Source: Candidatus Mycoplasma mahonii (GTDB lineage Bacteria; Bacillota_I; Bacilli_A; Mycoplasmatales; Metamycoplasmataceae). Taken from it: DNA of 24,000 nucleotides. A program made the translations under genes and the position numbers. Positions within the stretch are counted from its first letter, which is position 1, and each line of letters opens with the position of its first letter. The notes below the pieces were generated by a model that was given only the letters and a program-made list of their open reading frames with translations, did no database searches and had not been told where the DNA came from. Where the stretch lies: positions 299,818-323,817 of the forward strand of contig NZ_CP114583.1 of the NCBI RefSeq assembly GCF_030550815.1. The letters are read 5' to 3'. This document shows, one piece after another, positions 8,902-17,579 of the stretch.

Positions 8902-9720
8902 ATGTATGTGACAAGATTTCCCAATAAGATAACTAACAAAAAGACGACCTTAATTCTTGGATCTTTTGAGTCTTTTCATAATGGACATTTTAAGCTTGTA
9001 AAAAAAGCAAGAGAATTCAATAACCAGATTGTTATGATGATTATTGAAAACCCAGAAGATATCCCTGGGGCATCTAAAGAGGTATTTCAACCATTAGATA
9101 TCAGATTACAAAATTTATCGAATGTAGATATTGATTTTGTGGTGGTGGTAAAATATGACACATCAATTGCAGCTATGGATGGCCATAAATTTTTAGAAAA
9201 AATGATAAAAATAACCAATGCTAAAAAAATTGTTTCGGGTAAAGATTTTGCCATGGGAAAAGGAAGACATTTGAAAGCAACCGATATTAAAGATAATGTT
9301 ATTATTGATATTTTAAAAGTTAATGGAGCAAAAGTGTCTACTTCCATTTTAAAAGAATCATTGCAACTAGGAAATGTTGATCTGATTAAAAAGATTACAC
9401 CATTTACCTATATTAATAAATTTAAAGTAAATGCCAAGAAGGAAATAAACTTTGATCATTCCATAAAATTACACAATGGTTTATATGCTTGTTTTTCTAT
9501 TGTTAATGATATTAAATATTGGTCATACCTTGAAGTGCCAATTGATGAAAAACCCAAGTTAATTATTCCACAATTAAAGGTTGTCAACAAGGCTTTTGAA
9601 GCAATTGTTGAGATTCATAAGAGAGTGAAAATAATTGTAAAAGATTCCCAAAATAGAACTACTGAAGAAGATATTGCTAAGGTAATAAATATTTTGCAAT
9701 TAGAATCTTTTTCACTATAA
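8902..9720 (+). CDS. ribF: RibF-like FAD synthetase (FMN adenylyltransferase) with a divergent C-terminal riboflavin-kinase-like half
   Basis: The start abuts the truB stop. The N-terminal nucleotidyltransferase motif ILGSFESFHNGHFKLVKKA (GxFDxxHxGH type) and ...VSGKDFAMGKGR... are present. The C-terminal ~100 aa keeps only weak kinase-like features (GLYACFSIVNDIKYWSYLEV). Confidence 0.8.
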   Translation: MYVTRFPNKITNKKTTLILGSFESFHNGHFKLVKKAREFNNQIVMMIIENPEDIPGASKEVFQPLDIRLQNLSNVDIDFVVVVKYDTSIAAMDGHKFLEKMIKITNAKKIVSGKDFAMGKGRHLKATDIKDNVIIDILKVNGAKVSTSILKESLQLGNVDLIKKITPFTYINKFKVNAKKEINFDHSIKLHNGLYACFSIVNDIKYWSYLEVPIDEKPKLIIPQLKVVNKAFEAIVEIHKRVKIIVKDSQNRTTEEDIAKVINILQLESFSL

Positions 9721-9808
9721 TAAATGAGCATAAAAAATGTAGTCGTACTCGGTTTGAATGTTTAAATTCTTGCTGGGACGTACTTGAAATAAACACGAAA
9801 GGATCAAC

Positions 9809-10075
9809 ATGATCTCAAAAGCAGAAAAAATTGAACTAGTTAAAAAATTCGGCAAGAATGAAAAAGACTCAGGAGATTCAGCAGTTCAAGTTGCCATTTT
9901 AACAGCAGAAATTGAATCTCTAAAAAAACACTTTGAAGTCAATAAGAAAGATAAACATTCTAAAAGAGGTTTCTTAGCTAAAATTGCGCTCAGAAAAAAA
10001 TTATTATCTTATTTAAAAAAACAAGATTACAACAGATACCAAGAAACAATTAAAGCGCTTGGTCTAAGAAAATAA
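9809..10075 (+). CDS. rpsO: 30S ribosomal protein S15
   Basis: 88 aa. GDSAVQVAILTAEIESLKKHF...KDKHSKRGFLAKIALRKKLLSYLKK matches the S15 pattern (GSxEVQVAxLTxxIxxLxxHxxxHxKDxHSxRGL). GAAAGGA SD upstream. Confidence 0.95.
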   Translation: MISKAEKIELVKKFGKNEKDSGDSAVQVAILTAEIESLKKHFEVNKKDKHSKRGFLAKIALRKKLLSYLKKQDYNRYQETIKALGLRK

Positions 10076-10100
10076 TTATTTATACATTTTAAAGTAAATC

Positions 10101-10136
10101 AAAAGACATATATTTTGAATGGAATATGTGTCTTTT
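10101..10136. terminator. Bidirectional intrinsic terminator between convergent rpsO and tmcAL
   Basis: 13-bp stem AAAAGACATATAT / ATATGTGTCTTTT (one G.T pair) with a 10-nt loop. The A-run/T-run flanks allow function on both strands. Confidence 0.7.
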
Positions 10137-10144
10137 ACTAACAA

Positions 10145-11041
10145 TTATTTTTCAATCCCAAGCAATACATATAACATTACTCTTTTAATGCGGGATGAGG
10201 TATATCTTCGGGAGTTGGTGCGATCAATAAAGTCGTCAAATGTTCTAGCATCAATATGTTTTTTAAAGAGATTTTCCATCCCTTCAGAAATCATTTTATT
10301 TTTGGCTAATTTCTTGGCAGGAGTTTCTAAAATTATTTTTTGAAATTTTTTATAATGATCTTCAATTCTTTCTGGTATTTTTTTAAATTTCACAGGAGTA
10401 TATTTTGATATATCTCTACCCATGAATATTTGTTTTCTGATATATGAAGCAGATGCAAATTCCATATTCGGAACATCAGAATGAAAATCAACTGTTCTTT
10501 TAATAGTGTGAGGAGTTATTGGCAAATCATTATTAACAATTACTTTACAATACTCTAATCCTAAAATGTCATTAGGCAATGAAATAGGATTTCCAATTAA
10601 TTTAGTTAAAGATTGAGCTGCGGCTTTTGGAAAAGAATATCCCATTTTTAAAAATTGCTTAAGGATAACATTATATTTTTCTTCATTATCTTTTATTGCT
10701 TTTGCTATAGTCATTAAACGTTTTGGGTCATTTGATTCAGAACCAAAGAATAATTTATCAATCTTTAATTCACTTGCAATCATTACAGCACCATAAGCAA
10801 ATATATGAGCTGCTTGAGTAGCATACTCAAAAGGCAACTCGACAACTTTATCAGCTCCATGTTTTAATGCCATTTCCATTCGATCTGAAAACGAGGCAAT
10901 TGCTAATTCTCCTCTTTGTACATATTTACCAGACATGATAATCGTTATCTTATCATTGGGTCACCTTCTTTTAGCTTCTTTTAATTGGTGTATGTGTCCA
11001 TTATGAAATGGATTATATTCTGCAATGATTCCTATACTCAT
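10145..11041 (-). CDS. tmcAL: tRNA(Met) cytidine acetate ligase TmcAL (YlbM/UPF0348 family), short form
   Basis: 298 codons. Track ORF 10145..10936 extends upstream through TGA (Trp) to ATG at 11041. [27 protein letters not shown]...[15 protein letters not shown]...[19 protein letters not shown]...LFFGSE...PNDILGLEY is co-linear with B. subtilis YlbM/TmcAL ([14 protein letters not shown]...MSGHFLQRGEPAV...ELPYLYAVQKADIFA...LFFGSE...NNILGYQY). Confidence 0.85.
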
Positions 11042-11080
11042 ATACAAATCATAAAACATTTACAATAAATTAAAACTTTT

Positions 11081-11089
11081 TGTTATAAT
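11081..11089 (+). promoter_or_regulatory. Extended -10 promoter (TGTTATAAT) for rpmF
   Basis: TGTTATAAT lies 30 nt upstream of ATG 11120. AAGGAGA SD at 11109-11115. Confidence 0.5.
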
Positions 11090-11119
11090 TTTTTAGCAAA
11101 ACACACATAAGGAGACATC

Positions 11120-11284
11120 ATGGCTATAGTACCAAAACGTAAAACCTCGAAACAGAGAAAAAGAACCAGAAGATCTCATCATGCGCTTTCTCAACCAAAC
11201 TTGGCTACAGTCAATGGTGAAAAAGTTCCACATAGATTAGTTAATTTTTTTAAGAGAGAAGACTTATCAAATAAAGATAAGTAA
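11120..11284 (+). CDS. rpmF: 50S ribosomal protein L32
   Basis: 54 aa, below the 60-aa minimum apparent in the ORF track. MAIVPKRKTSKQRKRTRRSHHAL is the canonical L32 N-terminus (MAVPKRKxSKxRxxxRRxH). Strong SD. Confidence 0.9.
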   Translation: MAIVPKRKTSKQRKRTRRSHHALSQPNLATVNGEKVPHRLVNFFKREDLSNKDK

Positions 11285-11295
11285 TACATATATTT

Positions 11296-11326
11296 AACCA
11301 CTGCTTCTAATTGCAGTGGTTTTTTT
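11296..11326 (+). terminator. Intrinsic terminator after rpmF
   Basis: 9-bp stem AACCACTGC / GCAGTGGTT, 8-nt loop, then a T run (TTTTTT). Confidence 0.8.
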
Positions 11327-11379
11327 ATAAACAATATTTAAAAATATTATTTTATTGCAACACAATTATTTTATTTATA

Positions 11380-11385
11380 TATAAT
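11380..11385 (+). promoter_or_regulatory. -10 box of the dcw (mraZ) promoter
   Basis: TATAAT within TATATATAAT, 30 nt upstream of the mraZ ATG. Confidence 0.45.
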
Positions 11386-11389
11386 AATA

Positions 11390-11414
11390 GTGGTAAGAAA
11401 TGGGAGGAAGTGGT
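11390..11414 (+). promoter_or_regulatory. Candidate MraZ operator: three direct repeats with exact 10-bp phasing
   Basis: GTGGT (11390-11394), ATGGG (11400-11404) and GTGGT (11410-11414) sit inside near-identical decamers AGTGGTAAGA / AATGGGAGGA / AGTGGTAATG. They lie between the -10 box and the mraZ start and overlap its SD. Confidence 0.5.
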
Positions 11415-11415
11415 A

Positions 11416-11856
11416 ATGTTTGGAAATTTCAACAGAAGTTTAGATGACAAAAACAGAGTTATGATTCCTTCTAAGTTGCGTTTGCAGCTTAGTGAAATTT
11501 GTTACATCACAAGAGACTTAGATAATGTTCTAGTTTTAAGAGATGAAACTAATTTTAAGGAATGATCAACAACCTTAATGTCATTAAATACACTTGATAA
11601 ACAGGCTCGGAAATTTGCGCGTGTGTTACTAGGAAGAACTTCTGAAGTTACCATCGACAAACAAGGTCGAATCCAATTTAATCAGAACATCATGACCCAA
11701 ACATCTCTTACCAAAGAATTAGTATTTATTGGAGTCGGAAATAAAATTGAAATACATTCTAAAGAAGATTTTGAAAAAATACAACAAGAATTTGAGAAAA
11801 CTAATTCATTAGATGAATTAGCCAATCAACTTCTTAATAAAGGTGCAAAACTGTAA
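11416..11856 (+). CDS. mraZ: Transcriptional regulator MraZ
   Basis: 146 aa. Track ORFs 11311 and 11578 are joined through TGA 11563-11565. Two SpoVT/AbrB-like halves are each marked by the DxxxR motif (LDDKNRVMIPSKLR and IDKQGRIQFNQNI). GGGAGGAAG SD. First gene of the dcw cluster. Confidence 0.92.
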
Positions 11857-12755
11857 TGACTAAACACATTTCGGTGATGCTAACAGAATCAATGACTGCT
11901 CTTTCACTTAAACCTGATGGGGTATATGTTGATTTAACATTGGGGAGAGGTGGACACTCTTCCGAAATTTTAAAGACACTTGAAAATGGCATGCTCTTGG
12001 CATTCGATAAAGATAAAACAGCGCTTATTGAAAGTGCAAGCGATCTTAATCAAATATCAAATAAATACCAACTAGTACATTCAGACTATAGAAATTTAAA
12101 GAACGAACTAGATAAACTTGGTATTAATGTTGTTGATGGCATCTTTGCAGATCTTGGAGTCTCATCTCCTCAACTAGATGAAGCGCAAAGAGGATTTTCT
12201 TATTCTAAAGATGCTCCTCTTGATATGCGGATGAATCAAAACCAAGAAGTAAGCGCTTATGACATTGTCAATTCATACAGTGAAGAAGAGTTGGTCAAGA
12301 TATTTTGAAGTTTTGCAGATGTAAAGCTCCCAAAAAGAGTTGCGAAAGGTATTATTTCAAATAGACCAGTTAAGACAACATTAGAATTAGTCGATGTTAT
12401 TAGGAGTTCACTTCCAGCAGCTATAGTTCGTAAAAAGAATCCAGCTAAAGCTGTTTTCCAAGCGATACGAATAGCTGTGAATGAAGAACTAGAAAGTCTT
12501 GAAAAAATGTTAATTGATGCTACTGACTTGTTAAGAGTTGGTGGTTCGTTAGCCATCATTACTTTTCACTCTATCGAAGACAGAATTGTTAAAAGGTTTT
12601 TTAAGCAGTTTATAGAAGATAAAACCGGGAAACTTCCAATCATTATTGAGCGGAAATGAACGGCCAAAAATTATAAACCTTCAAAAAACGAAATTGAAGT
12701 AAATCGAAGATCTCGTAGTGCGAAATTAAGAGTACTTACAAAACTAAAGGATTAA
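11856..12755 (+). CDS. rsmH: 16S rRNA (cytosine1402-N4)-methyltransferase RsmH (MraW)
   Basis: 299 aa. The ATG overlaps the mraZ TAA by 1 nt. Joins track ORFs 11856 and 12477 through TGA at 12306 and 12657. HISVMLTESMTAL...VDLTLGRGGHS, FADLGVSSPQLD, RGFSY...PLDMRM, ITFHSIEDRIVK, NRRSRSAKLRV are all RsmH hallmarks. Confidence 0.95.
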
Positions 12756-12758
12756 AAC

Positions 12759-13985
12759 ATGAAAAGAAACATTGCAACTACTATCCAATTTACTAAAAAG
12801 AAAATTTTCTTGATAGTAATTGAATCAATAGCAACCAACAAGGTTGAGATTTTTAGTAGTTCAGCACACCTCCATGATGCCTCATCTTTTTTAGATGAAG
12901 CATTAAGAGAAGCTAATGCAATAATAGGCGGCGTGATTGAGGATGTATCTGTTGTTGTTAATTCATCAAAAGAAACTAAGGCAAGCATTAAACCCTTTTT
13001 ACAATCGATTAAGATTTCTGGCACAATTGTCTCAGAAGTTGACATCGAAAATGCGGTCCAATTGACTAAGTCAAGTTTTGAAGAAAAAGGCAGAAAAGTT
13101 ATTCTTGTTCAACCTATTAAATATAAAGTCTTTGACATATTATGAAAATCATATGACAAAGCACCAATTAATAAAACTGGTAGTAAATTAAAAGTTACAT
13201 CTGTTGTAACAACGATCGCCTTTAATATTTATGAATTTATCACTCAACTAATTAATTCAAAAAACCTGAAGATAAATAAGTTTTTACTATCGCATCAAGC
13301 GATTAGTCAAAATAATTTATCTGAATCTGCATTAGCAGAAGGGGCTATTTTGATTCATGTTGAAGGCAACGAAACGTTTATTACGATAAATAAAAATTCA
13401 TCAACAATAGCGTCAATGTCAATTTATGATTTTGGATTCAAATCTCTTGAAGCCGGAATTAGTAAATTGTTTGGTTGTTCTAAAGAAGAAGCTAAAAAAA
13501 TGATTACTCTTTATGGATCATTTAATCAAAATATAAATCGTGTTATCTTTCGAAAATACGTGAACCATAAAGAAAAATTATTTATGCAAACTGATTTAAA
13601 TAAGATCATAGATTCATTTGTTGAAAAACTATTAATGGTATCAAAACAATTCATTACCCAGAAAAAAGTTTCAATGCTGCCAATTATTATTTCAGGCAGG
13701 GTTGAACAAATTGATGGAATACTGGAATTTGCTAAAGCGAGTTTTGGGGCCAATCATGTTTCAATCTATAATCCTTTGACTTATATTTCTGCAAGTTCAA
13801 AGAATATTTGTGCAATTGGTATCACTTTATTTAACGAAAGGATTAATGAAATTCTTGGGCGGCAAAATAACACTATTGTGGAAACTAACCCCCAAAGAAT
13901 CTCATCACTGAAAAAAGAAGATAGTAAAAATAATATCATGAAAAGGATAATTGAAAAATTAGGAGGAAAAAATGTTTGAAAATAA
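12759..13985 (+). CDS. ftsA: Divergent FtsA-like cell-division protein
   Basis: 408 codons in frame 0, joining track ORFs 12759 and 13350 through TGA 13143. The TGA at 13977 is also Trp, so the true stop is TAA 13983-13985. The position between rsmH and ftsZ and the weak actin-fold features (GTIVSEVDIENAV..., ILVQPIKYKVFD, ILIHVEGNETFITI, LPIIISG) support the call. Sequence is highly diverged. Confidence 0.7.
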
Positions 13986-15171
13986 TAATGAAAAAAATAA
14001 TACAAGCAACAACGAAGTAAGACAAAAAGTTGATGCAGTTGCAAGAATTAAAGTAATTGGAGTTGGCGGTGGAGGAAACAACACTATTCATTCAATGATT
14101 AGAGAGGGAATTGAAGGTGTTGAATTTATTGTCGCTAACACTGATGAACAAGTATTAAATTCAACAATTGCAAACACCATTTTACCTTTAGGTAGATCTG
14201 TTAAAGGGCTAGGAGCTGGAGCTAATCCAGAAGAAGGTCGTAAAGCAGCTTTAGAATCTGAAAACGAAATTAAGGAAACTATCAAAGGTGCAGATATGGT
14301 AATTATTGCTGCAGGTATGGGAGGTGGAACGGGTACTGGAGCAGCTCCTATAATCGCTAAGATAGCTAAAGATATGGGCGCATTAACAATCGGAATTGTA
14401 ACAACACCGTTCTCATTCGAGGGTACACAAAGATCCAAGAATGCTGCTGAAGGACTTGAGAATATTAGGGCAGCTTGTGATTCACTAATAGTTGTGTCTA
14501 ACGATAAGTTATTAGAACAATTTGGAGGAATCTCACTTAAAGATTCATTTATCTATGCAGATAAAATCTTAAAGCAAACTGTTAGAACCATTACAGACCT
14601 GATTGCTATACCGGCTCTGATTAATCTTGACTTTGCTGACGTAACAACAGTTATGAAAGACAAAGGAACAGCATTAATCGGTATCGGTCGTGCTACAGGT
14701 GACGATCGAGCTTCAAAAGCGGCAATACATGCAATTTCTTCTCCAATTTTAGATGCTTCTATCAATGGAGCATCACATGCAATTATCAACATTTCAGGTG
14801 GAGATATCACATTAGCAGAAGCAAGTAAAGCCGTAGATACAATTAAGCAAGCAGCTAATTCAGATCTTAACATTATATTTGGTGTTTCTATTGTCGAAAG
14901 CCTAGGTAAAGACATTCAAGTTTCGGTCATTGCCACAGGTCTTGTCGAAAATAAAGAGCTAACAAGTGAAGAGATTTTGAAAGAAGCTTCTAATGCTGTT
15001 GAAACTATGAATATCGATTTTGAAAATGACAAAACTCGTGAACTGCTTATGTCTGATCCACTTCCTGAAGAAGAAAAACTTCAAATCGATGATGAGATCG
15101 AACTTCAAAATTCACCTTGAGATAGTGACGATGATGACGATGATGAGCTTCCAGCTTTTTTAAGAAAATAA
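13972..15171 (+). CDS. ftsZ: Cell-division GTPase FtsZ
   Basis: 399 aa. IKVIGVGGGGNNTI, the tubulin signature GMGGGTGTGAAPIIAKIAK, and NLDFADV are present. The TGA at 15118-15120 is Trp, and the extension encodes an acidic run plus the conserved C-terminal peptide DDDDDDELPAFLRK. AGGAGGA SD. Overlaps the ftsA end by 14 nt. Confidence 0.96.
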
Positions 15172-15288
15172 AAAGTTATTTTAAAGATGATGTATTGTTT
15201 CCATATTCATATGGATTTAGCAAAATCTAATATCTAACTGCTATCGTAATATAAAAGTTGAAAATTTATTTTCCAATCTAGATAGATT

Positions 15289-15312
15289 AAAAGGACCAAT
15301 AAGGGTCCTTTT
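15289..15312 (+). terminator. Intrinsic terminator closing the dcw operon
   Basis: AAAGGACC-AATAAG-GGTCCTTT hairpin followed by TT(AA)TT. Confidence 0.7.
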
Positions 15313-15367
15313 AATTACTCTTTTTTATTATTTTCTGTTCATATACCTAAACTGATTAATGCTTATT

Positions 15368-15376
15368 TGCTATAAT
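15368..15376 (+). promoter_or_regulatory. Extended -10 promoter (TGcTATAAT) upstream of the nox remnant / C-S lyase operon
   Basis: TGCTATAAT at 15368-15376. It is the only good -10 between the ftsZ terminator and the C-S lyase gene. Confidence 0.4.
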
Positions 15377-16046
15377 GAAATTGTCTCAACTTGGGACGCA
15401 AATTCACGGAATGAATCTGATTGTGATAAAAAAGGTAATTACGCTACCTAATGTTGTAGTTACTACTGTATACCAAAAAAACAAATGTATTAAAAGATTT
15501 TTTTAATGTGCCATGTTGAATGTGTTTATGCAACATGAGATTGGGCCATCGTCCGATCAAGAATAATAAACGATGATGTTTATATTCCTTTGACAACCAC
15601 AGTCGTAAGATTGGTAAAGTGGCGGCCATGAATATAATGGGTAAAAAAGAAGAATTTTTTGGCACACTTGGGTCCTTTGGATTAAGGTTCCACAATATGG
15701 AATTCTTTAAGACAGGGATGACTAGCGACCTAGAAACAAAAAGACAAAATATAAAGATTATTACTTCAATTATCCAAACATCTGATGCAGCAAATTATAG
15801 TGGTGTATCATAATCAGTGACGTTGAAGTTAGTAGCGACCGAAAAAATGTTATTATTTGCAATGAAGCAATCGGGACAAATAAATCAGCGGCGATGATAA
15901 TTTCTGTGATTGCCACTGCAGTATGGAACAAAATGCATGTTACTGATTTGGATCAATTCAATTGATTTTATGCATCACTATTTTCTAGGACGACAGATAT
16001 TATTCATATAGCAGCAACACAGTTAAGTAAAAGGGTGGTTAAATAA
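15375..16046 (+). pseudogene. nox: Remnant of an NADH oxidase / pyridine-nucleotide-disulfide oxidoreductase (C-terminal half only, multiply frameshifted)
   Basis: Family-like segments are scattered over three frames: DKKGNYAT (cf. DKKGAIxV), VYATW-DWA...DDVYIPLTTTVVRLVKW (cf. VYAxGDCA...yIPLAtnAvRqG), VAAMNIMGKKEEFFGTLGSFGLRFHNMEFFKTGMT (cf. NixG...f.GtqGS.gikvF...stGlt), and VIICNEAIGTNKSAAMIISVIATAVWNKMHVTDLDQFNW-FYASLFSRTTDIIHIAATQ (dimerisation domain, cf. ilGaQ..g...v...in..s.AIq.gmTv.dL...dfff.P.f). No FAD-binding N-terminal half is present. The last frame ends in a TAATG overlap with the next gene. The left boundary is approximate. Confidence 0.6.
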
Positions 16047-17200
16047 TGAATCAACTAGTTTCACTAAAACGTAAGAGGTTGTACGATAAAAAATGCAGAA
16101 GATACACTAATTCAATTAATGGAAAATTGTATTTAACAATTGCTGATGCTGATTTTAAGGTATCGAAAGCAATCATAAAAGATGTTGTTTCATGTGTTGA
16201 AATAGGTGATATTTCTTATAAATATCAAAAGGATGAGTTGTATGATGCTGTTAACAAATGGTATAAAAAATCATGAGATATTGATTTTGATAAAGAAGAC
16301 ATTTTATTTGCAAATGGCGTTCTTTATTGAATACATGTTGCTATTTATGCCTTTAGTAAAAAAGGTGATAACATCTTAGTAATGCCACCTGTTTATGATC
16401 CGTTTTATAATTTGATTAAAAGAACTGATCGTAAAATGATTAAGAGCAATTTAGTTTATAAAGACCATAAATGAGCAATAGATTTTAAAGATTTAGAAAA
16501 GAAAATGGTTCTTTCTAAATTATTACTTCTTTGTTCACCTCATAATCCCACAGGTAATATCTGAACTAGAGAGCAATTAATTAAAATAAATGATTTAGCT
16601 ATTAAACATAATGTTATTTTAGTGGCGGATGAAATATGGCAAGATGTTATTTTGGATGGTAACTTTGAACACTCTTTAAATCTGAAGAATGTCTCCAAGG
16701 TTGTCCATATTGCTTCCCCGGCTAAAACTTATAATCTCGGTGGACTACAATATGGTCATATGATTTGTAAAAATACAACATTAATGAAACAAATGGCTAA
16801 AGGGCATGATGCCTTAATGAGTTATTCTTCCTCACAACCATGAATAACAGCTGCAGTTGTCTCTGCTTATACAAATCCCAAAAACAATGTTTGAAAAAAT
16901 GAATACATTGATCTTCTAAGTTATAATGCACACAAATTATCAAATTTCTTAAAAGATAATGATTATAATTATGCATATCCATATGGAGTATCATTGATGT
17001 TTATTGAATTGGGTGATAAAAAAATGCATTCTGATGTTATGTTAAAGAAATTATTTGATCTTGGGGCGGTTGTCACGCCTGGACATAATTATGGAAGTGA
17101 ATATAAAACTTGAGTAAGAGTAAATATTGCTATTAGTGCTAAAGATATGGCTTTATTTATTAAAATTTTAGAACAATTAAAAAACAATGGAAAGGATTAA
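16046..17200 (+). CDS. PLP-dependent C-S lyase (MalY/PatB-type cystathionine beta-lyase family, aminotransferase class I/II)
   Basis: 384 aa in frame 2, joining track ORFs 16046 and 16622 through seven in-frame TGA codons. LTIADADF (cf. WVADMDF), LLLCSPHNPTGNIW, VILVADEIWQD, and the PLP-lysine motif ASPAKTYNLGGLQ (cf. SPSKTFNxAGL) are present. Confidence 0.85.
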
Positions 17201-17201
17201 C

Positions 17202-17579
17202 ATGAAAATAATTAATTCAAAAAATGCACCTAGTGCAATCGGGCCATACTCACATGCTGTTGCTGCTAATGGAATGTTATATGTATCTGGACAAATACCT
17301 TTTGCTCCAAAGATGATGATATGTGTTGGGGGTGGGATAAGAGAACAAACTAAGCAATCATTAGAAAACCTTAAAGCAGTGATTACTGAAGCGGGAACTT
17401 CACTAGATAAAGTTGTTAAAGTAGGGGTCTTCTTAAAGGATCTAAAACAATTCAATGACATGAATGAAGTTTATGCTACATACTTTAATCATCATAAGCC
17501 CGCTAGGACTTGCCTTGAGGTTGCGCGTTTACCAAAAGATGTATTAATTGAAATAGAAGCAATTGTTTCACTTACTTAA
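17202..17579 (+). CDS. ridA: RidA/YjgF-family reactive enamine/imine deaminase
   Basis: 125 aa. NAPSAIGPYSHAVAANGMLYVSGQIP...QTKQSLENLKAVITEAGTSLDKVVKVGVFLKDL..F..MNEVY..YF....PARTCLEVARLPKDVLIEIEAI matches the family consensus throughout. I prefer ATG 17202 (after GGAAAGGA) to the track start 17187, which would overlap the lyase gene. Confidence 0.92.
   Translation: MKIINSKNAPSAIGPYSHAVAANGMLYVSGQIPFAPKMMICVGGGIREQTKQSLENLKAVITEAGTSLDKVVKVGVFLKDLKQFNDMNEVYATYFNHHKPARTCLEVARLPKDVLIEIEAIVSLT

Noticed and set aside
9721-9808. Possible S15 autoregulatory structure in the rpsO leader
   Set aside because: I could find only 4-bp GTAC/GTAC and weak GAAT/ATTC pairings by eye, which is not enough to call a structure.
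9087-10343. ORFs 9087..9347 (-) and 10119..10343 (+)
   Set aside because: They are antisense to ribF and tmcAL respectively and have no independent support.
12257-13045. Minus-strand ORFs 12257..12559 and 12752..13045
   Set aside because: They are antisense shadows of rsmH and ftsA.
13526-14915. Minus-strand ORFs 13526..13753, 13781..14044, 14088..14438 and 14553..14915
   Set aside because: They are antisense to ftsA and ftsZ. The Gly/Ala/Pro/Ile-rich products mirror the FtsZ glycine-rich motifs.
15121-15147. GAT/GAC-rich run looking like a trinucleotide repeat
   Set aside because: It encodes the acidic linker (DSDDDDDDE) of FtsZ just before the conserved tail. It is an imperfect codon mix and not a slippage-prone perfect repeat.
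15361-15375. 15-mer TTATTTGCTATAATG shared with 21511-21525
   Set aside because: It is essentially a T-rich spacer plus a consensus extended -10 box. Similarity does not extend on either side, so it is more likely promoter convergence than a repeat family.
15444-15813. ORFs 15444..15695 (-) and 15619..15813 (+) as real genes
   Set aside because: The plus ORF is one fragment of the frameshifted nox remnant. The minus ORF is its antisense shadow.
17187-17201. Track start (ATG 17187) for ridA, and likewise 19335 for codA and 21504 for the PHP gene
   Set aside because: These upstream ATGs overlap the preceding gene or the predicted -10 box. The downstream ATGs (17202, 19347, 21534) fit the homologue N-termini and the SD or leaderless geometry better.
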